Of a stretch of 64,000 nt of DNA, positions 1-11,138 are shown piece by piece. The translations under genes were made by a program, and so were the position numbers. Every line of letters begins with the position of its first letter. Position 1 is the stretch's first letter. This DNA comes from Cirrosporium novae-zelandiae (taxonomy: Eukaryota). The notes below the pieces were generated by a model. It searched no databases, was not told the DNA's origin, and was given only the letters and a program-made list of their open reading frames with translations. The stretch spans positions 496,001 through 560,000 of the forward strand of contig JAPETS010000009.1 of assembly GCA_026023565.1 (NCBI GenBank). Reading direction: 5' to 3'.

Positions 1-149
1 TGTGTTGTGTATATTTAACTTGTATGCGTGTTGAATGAGAAAGTATCAAAGCTGTTGTGAAATTACTGCTATCTGTAACCAGTAACAATGCGACCGAGTT
101 AACTTGGTTTGTTTGATGGTGGATAGGAAACCTGGTATTTGGAGAACTG

Positions 150-420
150 GGTGTAGCTGGGGGGGAGCTGGGAGATTGGGCACTCTTTTGGGGGGTGTAG
201 TTATTTTGGGTTGGTTTTCAAAAAGGTTGGGTTTTTTGGGGGTTGGAGGTGTCGGTGGTAGGGTAGGTAGTCTTGGACTTGGGGTCTTGGGGGGGGGGGT
301 CTTTGAGTCTTGGGTCTTGGGTCTTGGTCTTTTGGTTAACTTTTGGTCAACTTTTGGTCGGTCGACGGTAGGTTGGGTGGGTTGGGTGGTGGGTGGGTGG
401 TCGGATAGGTAAAGCGGATC
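150..420. repeat. G/T-rich low-complexity tract with short tandem repeats
   Basis: TCTTGGG-type heptamers at about 271-330, three CTTTTGGTYAA-like 11-mers at about 329-361, poly-G runs and (GGGT)n. The overlapping ORF 104..412 is a compositional artefact. Confidence 0.7.
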
Positions 421-2488
421 AACCGACCGAACAACAGTGGAGACTCTTCTTTTTTGCTTGTCTTGTGTGTGTCCAAGTTAGACAGTCAAATCTGCCAAAA
501 ATGTTGATGGACTGACCCTGATCGCCCCCCAGTAAAATTGCCAAGTTAAAATAAATGGTCTTAAAGGATAAGCAAATTGCGACACTTTGAACTGCGATGT
601 TCGTTGAATTAGTTATTTCCCCCTTCCTTGTTCCGCCTTTTATTTTATTTTATTTTTTATTTTTTATTTCTTTGTGAAGGCGTGGACAGTTCGATCTTTG
701 TGGTAGATTGGTGAGGGGATTTGGTTGAGAGAGAGATCACCGCTGATGAGGCGATTGCTTAGGTACTGACTGTACTGTAATTAATTATTCTTTGAGGGGA
801 CTTGAGGAGCAACAACAAATAAATAACAATGAAAATCAAGAGTCAACAAGTCCAAGAACTTGAAGAGAGATTAACTAGTTATTTCAATATCTTCGTCTCC
901 AAGATCATGTTAGTGAGGGTCCCAGAGGGATGCTTATTTATTTCTTAGTTGTGTAGTTCGTTTAGCTTAGTACGGGGTTGATTACTCCATTCTACTATCG
1001 GTGGCTTTTGCCTTCTCTCCTCTACATCAACCACCATTTCACACCATTCTAGACAATCGACAAAGAGGCTTTCCTCCCGAAATGAAGGGAGATGGATAAA
1101 AAAAGGGCCATCACGGAGTATTTGAGCTATATATATCTATTCATTTGGCTGGACTTCGGAAACAAACTGCTCTAAAGTTACATGTTATCGACCTCCCCCC
1201 CTTCTTTATATAATTCTAAATTGGTTGATTTTAGCATTAGGGAGTCAAGGAAGGAAGTAAAGTAAGGGAGGCTCAGACTATTCAGTCACAAGATTAATCT
1301 TTAATTTAGCCTTCTGCACCTTGCAACATTGTGGCGGAATCCGAGGCCCAAAAACAGTTACTGAACTGATGGTACTGATGGGAGGGGAAAGACCAAAAGT
1401 CTTAGCAAAAGTCCGCGTCGATCGGTAAAAAGTAAAGAAATGTCAAATCCCGTCCCTGACACCAAAATTCTGGAGATGGTGGCCCACCATGTCCACCAAA
1501 CCTTTCAACTTTGGATTCAGGGTTGAATTGACTTTTGCAAATCAGTAAAGCAGAGAATAATTCAAGAAGAAAGGACAATTGAGTTTTCTGGTTGCTTTCT
1601 TTTCTCTCTCGCTTTCTCGTTGCTTTCGTTTCCTTTGGGGTCGGTAAGTGGCAAAATGACTGGAGGCCTCATGTGCTGCTCCGCAAAGTCCTAAGGAAAC
1701 AAGAGACCTATCCCATCTCTGTATTTTGTGGAGTGACCCCTGCTGATCGGACACACCTTGAAATAACCATGTCAAACGCTGCCAGGAAAACATCATCCAT
1801 TAAGCAATCTGTCAAAGGGATTGCAGGAAAAATTGTCCTTGGTAAAATATTTATGCATACTTGCATGCATTGGTCTGTCCATCAGTCCGAGGTCATTTTG
1901 ACCGATAAGAGATATCTCCTGGGAAGTGGAATCAATGGAATGATTGAATGATTCTGCTCTGAAGATGATGCTTGGATGCAGTGGTGGCCCGGTACCAAAG
2001 TTTCAATACGATATCTGGCCTGCAAGTAATTGTCCTACTTTGACTAAGCATCTCAAAATAGAAGCTCCAAGTGACGGGATAACTTACACTAAAAAGAAAA
2101 GGCACAAAGAGAGGGTCATCGCATAACTATCAAACCGGACCTCGTATTGCCTCGAGAAAGCACCTTGGCTGACGATGAAGAGGGGGGATCACGAATTCAA
2201 AGTCACGGGCTATCAGAAAAACCAACTCCGACCTTTTCCACCACTACCCACGTGCCACTTACTGAACACCTCGGTCCGATCCACAGAGCCTGCAAGCCGC
2301 AAGTCAACAGTTAACACGAACTGCTGACTTTTCACCCTTCACCAGTTCATAAATGAACACTGGCAAGGCATCAGCAAAGCACCGGCAAAGCAATTATACG
2401 AAGAACAAAAAATAACTCAGGCCTCTGAACCATCCAGCCATCTCTGTTCGCAACCCTAGCTTTCTACATCACAATTCACAAATTCACA

Positions 2489-2827
2489 ATGGCCACCACC
2501 ACCACTATTGCTCGACCAGCATCTACCGAAGCCTCCACCACTCCCACCCGTTTTACATTGGAGCTTGAATTTGTCCAGTCGCTCTCCTCGCCCCAATACC
2601 TCCTCCACCTCTCCACCCTTAGCTCTCCAACCGGCGGCCGCCTCTTGTCTCATCCACCATTCATCGCATACTTGAAATATCTTCTCTACTTTACCAAACC
2701 AGAGTACGCCAAGTACCTCAGCTTTCCGGGCCCAACGCTTCATGTACTGAAGCTACTTCAGGAAGAGAAGTTCAGGGAAGATACAAGCAGGCCTGATATC
2801 GTGATGGGGATTCTGGGCATGGCGTAA
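2489..2827 (+). CDS. MED31: Mediator subunit 31 (Med31/Soh1)
   Basis: Single-exon 112 aa ORF with RFTLELEFVQSLSSPQYLLHL and FIAYLKYLLYFTKPEYAKYLSFPGPTLHVLKLLQEEKFR, the characteristic Med31 core. Confidence 0.95.
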   Translation: MATTTTIARPASTEASTTPTRFTLELEFVQSLSSPQYLLHLSTLSSPTGGRLLSHPPFIAYLKYLLYFTKPEYAKYLSFPGPTLHVLKLLQEEKFREDTSRPDIVMGILGMA

Positions 2828-4043
2828 TCCTCTGGTGGGGACAAATTCAGTTCACACGAAAAGAAAGTGAAAAAGAAAAAGAAATCATTTGGAAATAATA
2901 ATTTTTTTTTTCATCATCACTTAAACTTCAAGCAAGACATGATGATGTACAAACGACAACAAAAAAATAAAAGTTTGAGTAATTGGTTAGTCAAATCTCT
3001 CTCTTTCTCTTCTTGTGTTTCAAATATTTGTTTTTCATGATGATCAATCACTTTATTTAACTTTCGTTCATCCGCAGCATTTTTCATGAATGTTATGGGG
3101 AATAAATCCTCACAATATCTATCTGAGCAAGATTACCTATACCCTAATTTCAAGCAATTACAATTTTCCACCAAGCTCTTCACTAACTGTAGTTTCTACC
3201 ATACAGTATAGTGATGACAAAGACCACTAAAGAGTCAATTACCTCCCCTTCGACAATCGTGCTTAATAATGTCAGAATAACAGAAATAAGCGCACTCTTT
3301 CACGAACTACCCACCAAGGCAACTATCCGAGGCTTTTAACTAAAGCTACCTCACAGTACCATATTCAATTGCTAAGATAGAGCCTACTAGGCTTCTTAGA
3401 TTCGCTTCTACCGTTCTATACCTCTACACGGAGACAAACTACGGAAAAACAAAATAAGAGAAGACACAACAAAAAACCAAAGGTCAAACAAGCTGGTTCA
3501 GAATGAAGCTAAAAAAAAAGGTGTCCCAAAGATTTCCCTGCTAAAAAGCTTCTCCAGCCAGCTATATGTTTTATTTATATTACCATATCTCCTAAATCCT
3601 AATGAAAAATTCCCATAATGAGGCTCAAAGTTAGAAGAAGCCCCACTTTCATCATCATCATAGCAATGTTTGTGTAGAACTGTAGAAGACTTGCTGGCCC
3701 ATTGTTCACAGCAAGCTGTAAATGAGTAGTTGTTTTGAGACCGCCTATGTCTGTTCAAGAAATACTTCTTCCAATCCCCATCCCATCAGCATAAGAATCT
3801 TCAGAACTTCAAAAACATTAGTAAAAGAGACAAGGTTCTGATATCATCGCGATGAACTCCTGGCTAAAAGGGCTGGCCAGTTTTAAGGAGAGCGCTAAGA
3901 GAATGGTTAAGAGAATATGCCTCTCTGTCCATCTCCCTTGATATTAGCATATTAAACAGCCACCTTCAGCTCCATTCCCAAAATACAACGACTTCGACCA
4001 TCGCGGTTGGACGCCTCTCCGGTATCCAAGTGTTTCTTTTCCT

Positions 4044-6527
4044 CTAACCTACCATCGCCACATCTCCGTCGTTAGCCTCTTCAACGGCTCCCGAAACGAT
4101 CTCAGCGACACCCTCTTCTCTGTCCTCCTCGACCTCCATGCCTCTCAGCACAGCACGCTCCCTAAGCCTCTTTTCTTCATCTTGCAATTTGCGCATACGC
4201 TCTCTGGTTTCGCTTTCCTCGAACCGAATGTCTTGTTGGTATACCTTCACCCACTGTTCATGGCGTTTGCAGCGTTTCTTGAGACAGATTCCCTTGGTTG
4301 CTTCATCAGATTCGTCTTCGCCATTAGTCGTATCTTCTGCATCACCCATCTTGGTATCTTCATCCATGTTCGTTGAGGTCACAGGTGAGCCCAACACTCC
4401 TTCGCTGAGTGCCTTCTTCCCCTCATCGCTTTCTCTCCACTCATCAAATTCTTCGTCCGCCCAGCTTAGTCGGCTATCATATCCACAGAAATCCTTCGGT
4501 AAGAGCTTTGGCTCCTTTCTCTTTACCACTTCATATGCCCCTTTGGTTCTCTGTCGTACCAAGTGTAGGAATTTTTCTTTATCGGTAAGGCTCAATCGTT
4601 TTCTGCGAAGCTCATCACGTTTTTCGTTGATACTGGCGAGTGCCTGCTCTTCCTCCTCGGAATACTTGACTTTGACGTGAGGGTCGACGCGATCAAGGGC
4701 CTTACGTTCGGGTGATGCTGTTGGTGGGGGTGACAATACGCCTTCACCAAGTTTGCGGAATTCGTTTGCATCTTTGACGCCTTTGGCAAGGGCTTTCAGT
4801 TCACCGGACTTGAGAACACCACCGTGGCTTTCTTCGACATCGGCTTCGTCAATGTATTCACTGTCAGAGCCATTACCAGTAGTTTCAGTATAGTTGGCTT
4901 TCCGTCTCGGCCTCACTGGCCTTGGGGGAGGCTTTATTCTCTGTTCCTCCTCATCGCCGTCGCCACCTCGTAGCTTTCGTACCTTGCGCCTCATAAATTC
5001 CTTTCCATGCTCATCACAGCAGTATTTACTGAGATTGTTCTTGATTAGCCTGGCGGGTTTGCGACAGCTTGGGAGCCGGCATACTCGTTTCCATGTTGTA
5101 AATCCCTTGCCAGCTTCCTCGCAGTTGGGGCAAATGTATTTATCAATGAGATCGCCATCTTCTTCCTTGATGTTGACACATCTTCCATGAAACCAATCTT
5201 CACATCCACCATCACAGCCAATCATCCACGTATGATTATCTGGTCTACGACAAATACAGAATAGTTCATCGCCTTCTTCTGCATCCGCCACATCCCCATC
5301 TTCATTTGTATTCTCAGCATGTTCTTCGGTCGGGGGAGGGGTTTCAGCGACTGAAACTGATCGTTGTTTCTTAGTCTTTGGAGCAGGCGTTCGACTTGCG
5401 CGGGAGGATGCTGGTGTAGCGGACCGACGTGACGAAGGCGTCCCGCCTTCAAGATTGTCGGCGTCCAATTTACGCTTCTTAGGCGCAGGTTTTCGAGCGA
5501 CACCTTTCTTCTTGTCTGCACCTGGAGCGGCTCTTTTTTTGCCTACACTTGCAGCTAATGGCTTTGTCATAGGGGCGGGAGATGACCGAATCGGTGTGGC
5601 AGACTCCACAGAAGGGGCCCTGGGAAGGGACGCAGATTCTACATGAAGAGTGCTGGAATCAGGATTTTGAGTTTTATCATCGGTGGGATTCGAAACAGAG
5701 CCATCCATTAGAGGTTCGGATGTCAACTGCGACAGCTTGGTTGTTTCGATTGTCGGTTCATGTTTGACTTCTACTGGCTGCATTGTTGGAAGGTATTCCG
5801 ATTTGGCCTCTTGCGTAGTAGGTGCAGCTGAGGTCTCAGGAATATGAACTTCAGATAATTGCTGAGACATCGCTAAAGTGGTATCTTTCGATTGCTCCAG
5901 TTGTATCTGTAAGCCTGAATTACTAATGTCAAGATCACTTGGTGGTTGATGAATGATCCCGCTTGTGTTTTCAGCTCGCTTGGTTGTTCCTTTCCCAGAT
6001 CGCGATTTTTCCTTTATAGGAGGATTTTCGAGCGGAATTGATTGTATGGGCGCTAACTTTGGGGGTGGTGACATACGCGATGGGATCCACGAGGCCCTTC
6101 GTTGTTGATCTGGAAATGATGCGTGATGGTATTGTTCAAGGCCTGGAGAATATGAAGGCGCTTCAAGTGGAGGTGATGGTTCTACAGGCCCGGAGCCTTT
6201 ACCGTAACTGCTAATACCAACGCTTCTAGTTGGAGACTGAGGGAGAATAGTGCGCGGTGAAGGAAGTGTAGGATGTGTATTGGTAGAGTCGAAGAATTGT
6301 TGTGCTGTAGAAGGTGAAGAGCTTGCGCCGCTCAATGAACGAGCGGGCTTGTTGATGATAGTTGTGGTGGTGGTGACAGGTGTAGAAGGAGGATATGTGG
6401 CATCGCTATTATGTCGCGAGTTGGATTTGGATGAATTATCGCTGTCATTGTTCGCGGGGATTTTAGAAGTGGATTGTTCTGAGTCTGGTCCGGGCGGGTT
6501 CAACAGCGAAGAGAGACTAAGAGACAT
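4044..6527 (-). CDS. SPP1: PHD-finger protein, COMPASS/Set1C subunit Spp1/Cfp1-like
   Basis: PHD finger LFCICRRPDNHTWMIGCDGGCEDWFHGRCV...YICPNC, then CRLPSCRKPA...SKYCCDEHG and C-terminal FCGYDSRL and CLKKRCKRHEQW motifs typical of fungal Spp1. First true ATG at 6527 (MSLSLSSLLNP). Confidence 0.85.
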   Translation of the reverse strand: MSLSLSSLLNPPGPDSEQSTSKIPANNDSDNSSKSNSRHNSDATYPPSTPVTTTTTIINKPARSLSGASSSPSTAQQFFDSTNTHPTLPSPRTILPQSPTRSVGISSYGKGSGPVEPSPPLEAPSYSPGLEQYHHASFPDQQRRASWIPSRMSPPPKLAPIQSIPLENPPIKEKSRSGKGTTKRAENTSGIIHQPPSDLDISNSGLQIQLEQSKDTTLAMSQQLSEVHIPETSAAPTTQEAKSEYLPTMQPVEVKHEPTIETTKLSQLTSEPLMDGSVSNPTDDKTQNPDSSTLHVESASLPRAPSVESATPIRSSPAPMTKPLAASVGKKRAAPGADKKKGVARKPAPKKRKLDADNLEGGTPSSRRSATPASSRASRTPAPKTKKQRSVSVAETPPPTEEHAENTNEDGDVADAEEGDELFCICRRPDNHTWMIGCDGGCEDWFHGRCVNIKEEDGDLIDKYICPNCEEAGKGFTTWKRVCRLPSCRKPARLIKNNLSKYCCDEHGKEFMRRKVRKLRGGDGDEEEQRIKPPPRPVRPRRKANYTETTGNGSDSEYIDEADVEESHGGVLKSGELKALAKGVKDANEFRKLGEGVLSPPPTASPERKALDRVDPHVKVKYSEEEEQALASINEKRDELRRKRLSLTDKEKFLHLVRQRTKGAYEVVKRKEPKLLPKDFCGYDSRLSWADEEFDEWRESDEGKKALSEGVLGSPVTSTNMDEDTKMGDAEDTTNGEDESDEATKGICLKKRCKRHEQWVKVYQQDIRFEESETRERMRKLQDEEKRLRERAVLRGMEVEEDREEGVAEIVSGAVEEANDGDVAMVG

Positions 6528-7930
6528 GATGGGCAAGGTATGGTATGTTTGGTGGTTTCGGCCAATACAATCGCTAAGTTATGCGGTGGCAATATTCATG
6601 GCGACGGGGACGGATTAAAGAAAATTGGATTATCGTAGGGAACCCCGTACTCATTGTTTCCAGAGGGAAAAAATTGATGGTGGAGGACGACAGTAGTTGT
6701 TGGACGTTGAAATGAAATCGCGAATGGCAATGAATCGTACCTGCGGTCTATGGTGTCTGGGTGGTCTGGGTGGTCTTGGTTCGGGGGGGTCTCGAGGTGG
6801 GGAAATGGATCTTGTCCCTCGTCTGAATCGTCTCTCGTCTCTCATTATTCTCTTTCGTTTTCTTGTCCTCGACCTCTCTCACCACTTCTCCCATATTAAT
6901 GGCTGAAGTAATGGTTTACTGTCTACACAGGACTATGACCAATATTGGTACCTCGTACTTTCTAGTCGTATGCCTATTCTCTAACCAACTAGATATTCTT
7001 GTTATTCTCTGAGCTTTCCTTAACCGTCTACGAAACTCTTGCCGTAAATACAGAAGCTAAAGATTTGCTAATGGTTGCTAACAATTGCTAACAAGTTGCT
7101 AAACTCGCCTGCATTCCCAATCATAAGGGACTTTAAGAGGGAAGTATCACTGCAATAATAGCAATGTTAATATTATTAATGAAGCTTAGGCTCTAAGCGT
7201 GGGCTAAAAGGGCTAGTTAAGTATTGTTGAAGTCCGTTGGTGATGTGTGGTTGCTTATGGTCTGTATGGCCTCATAGGTCTGTATGGTCCACCTTCCCCC
7301 CTCCATCATCGGATGGTGTAGTTCTGTGTACAGCAAAGCCAGCAATCATCTCAAATCTCCCCGCTCGGCTCGTCAGACATCTCCTTCTCTTGCATATATC
7401 TCCTCCTTATATCCATGACTCCCATATTCCACTTCGTCTTCTACCCTCAAAAGCTCCTTGAACAATGAAACCATTTAAGCAATTACCCTTCCTCTTGCAT
7501 CATCCCATTACCATAATTGGAAGGTCCTTTTCAATATTTGGCTAATCATCCTTCTTGAACTCAGCTCTTGGTAGTTTCAACAAATTCCGGCAAAGCAATC
7601 CGGCATGTCTTGGTCAGTCCTAAGTATGGCTGCTTTCGGCGTCAAATTTTAGCTAGACTAGACTATTCGTTGTTCAGCATATGGATATCCTAGCTTTGAA
7701 GTCTCCTAGCTCTTCCCATCAACGGGTACCTACAAGGTACAATGAGATAAGGTCGTACAACCCAAGAGATCCGGGAGCCAAAGCGTTCAATTGGCAGTTT
7801 ACTTGAAACTTTGCATACCCTGAGATTCCATTCAATACTGGGTTGAATCGAATACCATCAACTCCATATTTCCTCAGTCTCACCACTATACCTTAAGCGC
7901 CTTTTCATGGTAAAATGAGTATCATGTTAA

Positions 7931-9200
7931 TCATTCACCGTCGTCACCATCGTCATCTTCATCATCTTCATCTTCATCATCCTCGTCTTCGTCTTCTTCC
8001 GCTTGGTGGTTACCTCTGCCCCTCTCGGATCTCCTCCTTGGTGTTTCATCACTAAGACCCTCCCTACCATTCGTGCTAGTAGCATTGTGTCCATTTACCT
8101 GACTTGGACGGTCACTAATCCCTAGACTCTTCTGGATTTTCTTCTCCAATTCGGCCGCCTCTTCATTCTCCTTGCAGTATACCTTTCGCACGAAACCAGC
8201 GACACCTTCCGCACCAACCTCAACCTTCCCTCTGGGTCCAACCCTATATTCGACCTTTTCTTCTCCACTAGAGGTGTCCCTAATCCTTATAATATACCCT
8301 TCTTTGCATAATCTGATCAGTAACTTGTCTGTTTTGTCGATAGGGGTGTATTGCTCTGAGTTTGTCTTCTTTAGATACGTCTCGAGTTTGGCCTCTGGGA
8401 GAGAGCCATCATTAAGCAAGATGAGAGATATGATGAATGTGTATAGGGCGACGTAGGTACTCTCGGTAATGGCACTGGGGACTTTTGGTGGTGCGATGAT
8501 TGTTGGATTTGTGCGGTATTGTTCTGGCAAAGTGGATGTTAATATCCATGCTCTGGTTGTCTGGGAGGCCTTTTCGTTTTTCTTGGCAGCTATGGATCAA
8601 CAAGTTATTAGCATTTCCCCGCATTCGCAACTTTTTCTCGACCTGTAGAAATACCTATCCGTTCTTGAATCGTAATCTTATCCCTAACCGGTAGCTCCAC
8701 CATCTCCATGCCAAACTTTTCTCTCAGCACTCTTTGTGCGCCTTCAAAAACATGTTTGAACTGCCGTGATGCTTCCTTTCCCAAGACTGCCCACAGCATT
8801 AGCCCTTATATATCCCACGAGCCTCCCCCCAAACCCACACATACCTTTCTGTCCAATTGCGTCCCTCTTAATCGGCATCCTCGCATACTCACACGCCAGA
8901 GCCAACCTCACCATCTTCTTGACGGTCTGATCCCAACCCCCCTGCGTAGCCTCTTCGCCATCGATATCCATATCGTCTCCGGCTCCAGCTCCATCCTCGT
9001 CGTCTGAGTCGCGACGGCGACGGCGTTGACGTGGTTGTGTTTGTTGCTGGGTGGATTGAACATTGAGTTGTGTTTCTTCGTTGTCTGTGTGCTTCGAGGG
9101 CATAGAAGTTAGTTTTAGTGGGGATAGTAAATAGAGAAGATAGGCGGGGGATAAGAAAAGTGCTTTGCTTGCTTACTGCGCGACGCTTGCGAGGAGGCAT
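7931..9200 (-). CDS. NSE3: MAGE-domain Smc5/6 subunit Nse3 (multi-exon)
   Basis: Exon 1 MPPRKRRA followed by a GTAAGC donor; VKKMVRLALACEYARMPIKR, FEGAQRVLREKFGMEMVELP and LIRLCKEGYI...EYRVGPRGKVEVG are MAGE/Nse3 motifs; acidic tail. Confidence 0.9.
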
Positions 9201-9384
9201 GATGGGCTAGTCCAGTATGGAAACGAATGGGATGGTCTAGATAGTAAGAAGTATACCAAATTGACCTTTGCAGAATCAGAATGTAGCCTAGTTAGCTCTC
9301 GATGATGCCACTCTTCTGCAACTTGTAACTTAGCCCGATTCCTATGAGAATGTTTTCGAGGCACAATGTAGGGCTGATGAACAA

Positions 9385-9453
9385 ACGCGCCCAGTCCGGT
9401 TCGAGCGGCATGAATTTGTAATGACGAGCGAAAACGCGTTGTCGGGCTTCGCG
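9385..9453. promoter_or_regulatory. Cluster of MCB/SCB-like CGCG elements upstream of NSE3
   Basis: ACGCG at 9385, perfect ACGCGT at 9434 and TTCGCG at 9448, 185-250 bp upstream of the NSE3 ATG. Confidence 0.5.
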
Positions 9454-9960
9454 CCCGAGACCCGAAGACCTCTGTTTCCTATTGGCAGGATCACAAGCTC
9501 TTGTGGCTTGATGTTCCTCCACTCTGTGGAGAGATCCACCGGTTTAAACTCTAATATCCTATATCTACGACCTTCGGGGTATATTTTGAGGTTGGATCGC
9601 CATCTCTTTACTTTGGACGGAACAACTTTGTGATAGTCCTTTAGTCGGTACTCGATATTTCGACATCGTGTCGGAGGAATGATGTTGAATGCAAGGTGAT
9701 GCGACCTGGGAAAATCGGCAGGGAGATTCGTCAATGGGCTTACTGTTTGCGGGAATACCTTAGGGAGTATATTATGATGTGAATCAACTTAAGAGCTGGA
9801 AAGATATATAAAGACCAGGGCAGGCCTTTTATGCATTGTATTTTTATCTCATCAATTGAAACAGAAGCTTTACAGAGCATTAACTCAGTACTACTATCTC
9901 TGGCTATATTATTGCTTATATATTTTCCTCTGAAGAAGTCTTTATTGAAATTCTACAATC

Positions 9961-11138
9961 ATGACTAAACTCATAGTTATCCTCGGCGCAACAGGCACAC
10001 AGGTACCCTCCCACAATCCTTTTATATTTGAACGTCCCCTCTACTAATCTCCTCACAAAAGGGCTCCTCGGTCGTCAACTCCTTCCTTGGGGAGCCTAGC
10101 TGGAAAATCCGTGCTGTCACCCGCTCCCCCACTAGCTCAACTGCAAAGGCTCTCTCCACTAAAGGCATCGAAGTCGTGAAAGCTGACGTCAATGACCCTG
10201 CTTCTCTCGTCGCTGCATTCCAAGGCGCTAATGCCATCTTCGCCGTCACTGATTTCTGGGGCACTTTTCACACCGTAAAGCCAGAAGACCTTGAGCCTGG
10301 CCAGTACCCTGGCATTATCGCAAAAGCTAAAGAATTTCAAGCCGCGAAGAACATTATGGATGCTGCGGCGACAATTGTGGATGCGGGGCTAGAACGGTTT
10401 ATCTGGTCGGGACTCTCGCAAACGAGCAAATGGAGCAAAGGGAAGTATACGTGGAATTATCATTTTGATGGGAAGGCGGAGGCGACCGAGTACATGAAGG
10501 AGAAATTGCCAAATTTGGCGGCAAAGGCTTCGATCATTCAGATTGGGTTCTATGCGAGTAATATGAAGCTCTTTGAATCTTTTAGGCCGAAAAAGGTTTG
10601 GGGGTTCTTTCGAATTTTCCTAAAATGTGTCAGATGATAGCTGATATTTATCCCCCTTTAGCAATCCGATGGTACCTACCTACTCATTCGACCATGCCCA
10701 GGGGACTCGCCGCTCCCTTTCATAGTTACGCATAAAGATACCGGTCCCCTAGTCAAGGCTCTCATCACCCAGCTTCCTCCAGGCAAGAACCTCCTTGCAT
10801 ATAGCGAGATGATGACCTATGATGAATACATTGCTCTTTGGGCTAAAGTTGTCGGGGTCACAGCTCGAGGTAAGCAGTGTACAATCGAAGAGTACGATCG
10901 GATGATTCCTGGAGGGGTAGGAAGGGAGACTGGGGAATCAGCTTCTTATGCAACCGAGTTTGGATACGATGGAGGTGACCCTGAGGTTACTAAGACAAAG
11001 GATGTGAGTGTTACTGTAGTATATTTGGCTTCAGTGATAGGTTTGCTGACCTACCGTGTGCAGCTGGGTGTGGAAGTCCATTTGACAAAGCTCGAAGATT
11101 ACTTCCGCGAGGAAGACTGGTCTGACGTTCTTGGATAA
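9961..11138 (+). CDS. NmrA-like atypical SDR / NAD(P)-binding protein (multi-exon)
   Basis: MTKLIVILGATGTQ|GSSVV Rossmann motif, IRAVTR, ADVNDPASLVAAFQGANAIFAVTDFW and HFDGKA; introns with GT..AG ends. Confidence 0.9.

Noticed and set aside
104..412. Gly/Val/Leu-rich 102-aa ORF
   Set aside because: No ATG at the listed start; it is the translation of a G/T-rich low-complexity tract.
1542..2126. Short ORFs upstream of MED31
   Set aside because: No recognisable motifs or consistent exon structure.
3498..3900. Ankyrin-like fragments on the minus strand (THLQLAVNNG, EVLKILMLMG)
   Set aside because: Too short and scattered over frames, and they fall in the probable SPP1 3' region; cannot be separated from chance.
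9342..9734. 130-aa minus-strand ORF between NSE3 and the NmrA gene
   Set aside because: TTG start, no family motif, and it lies in a divergent promoter region.
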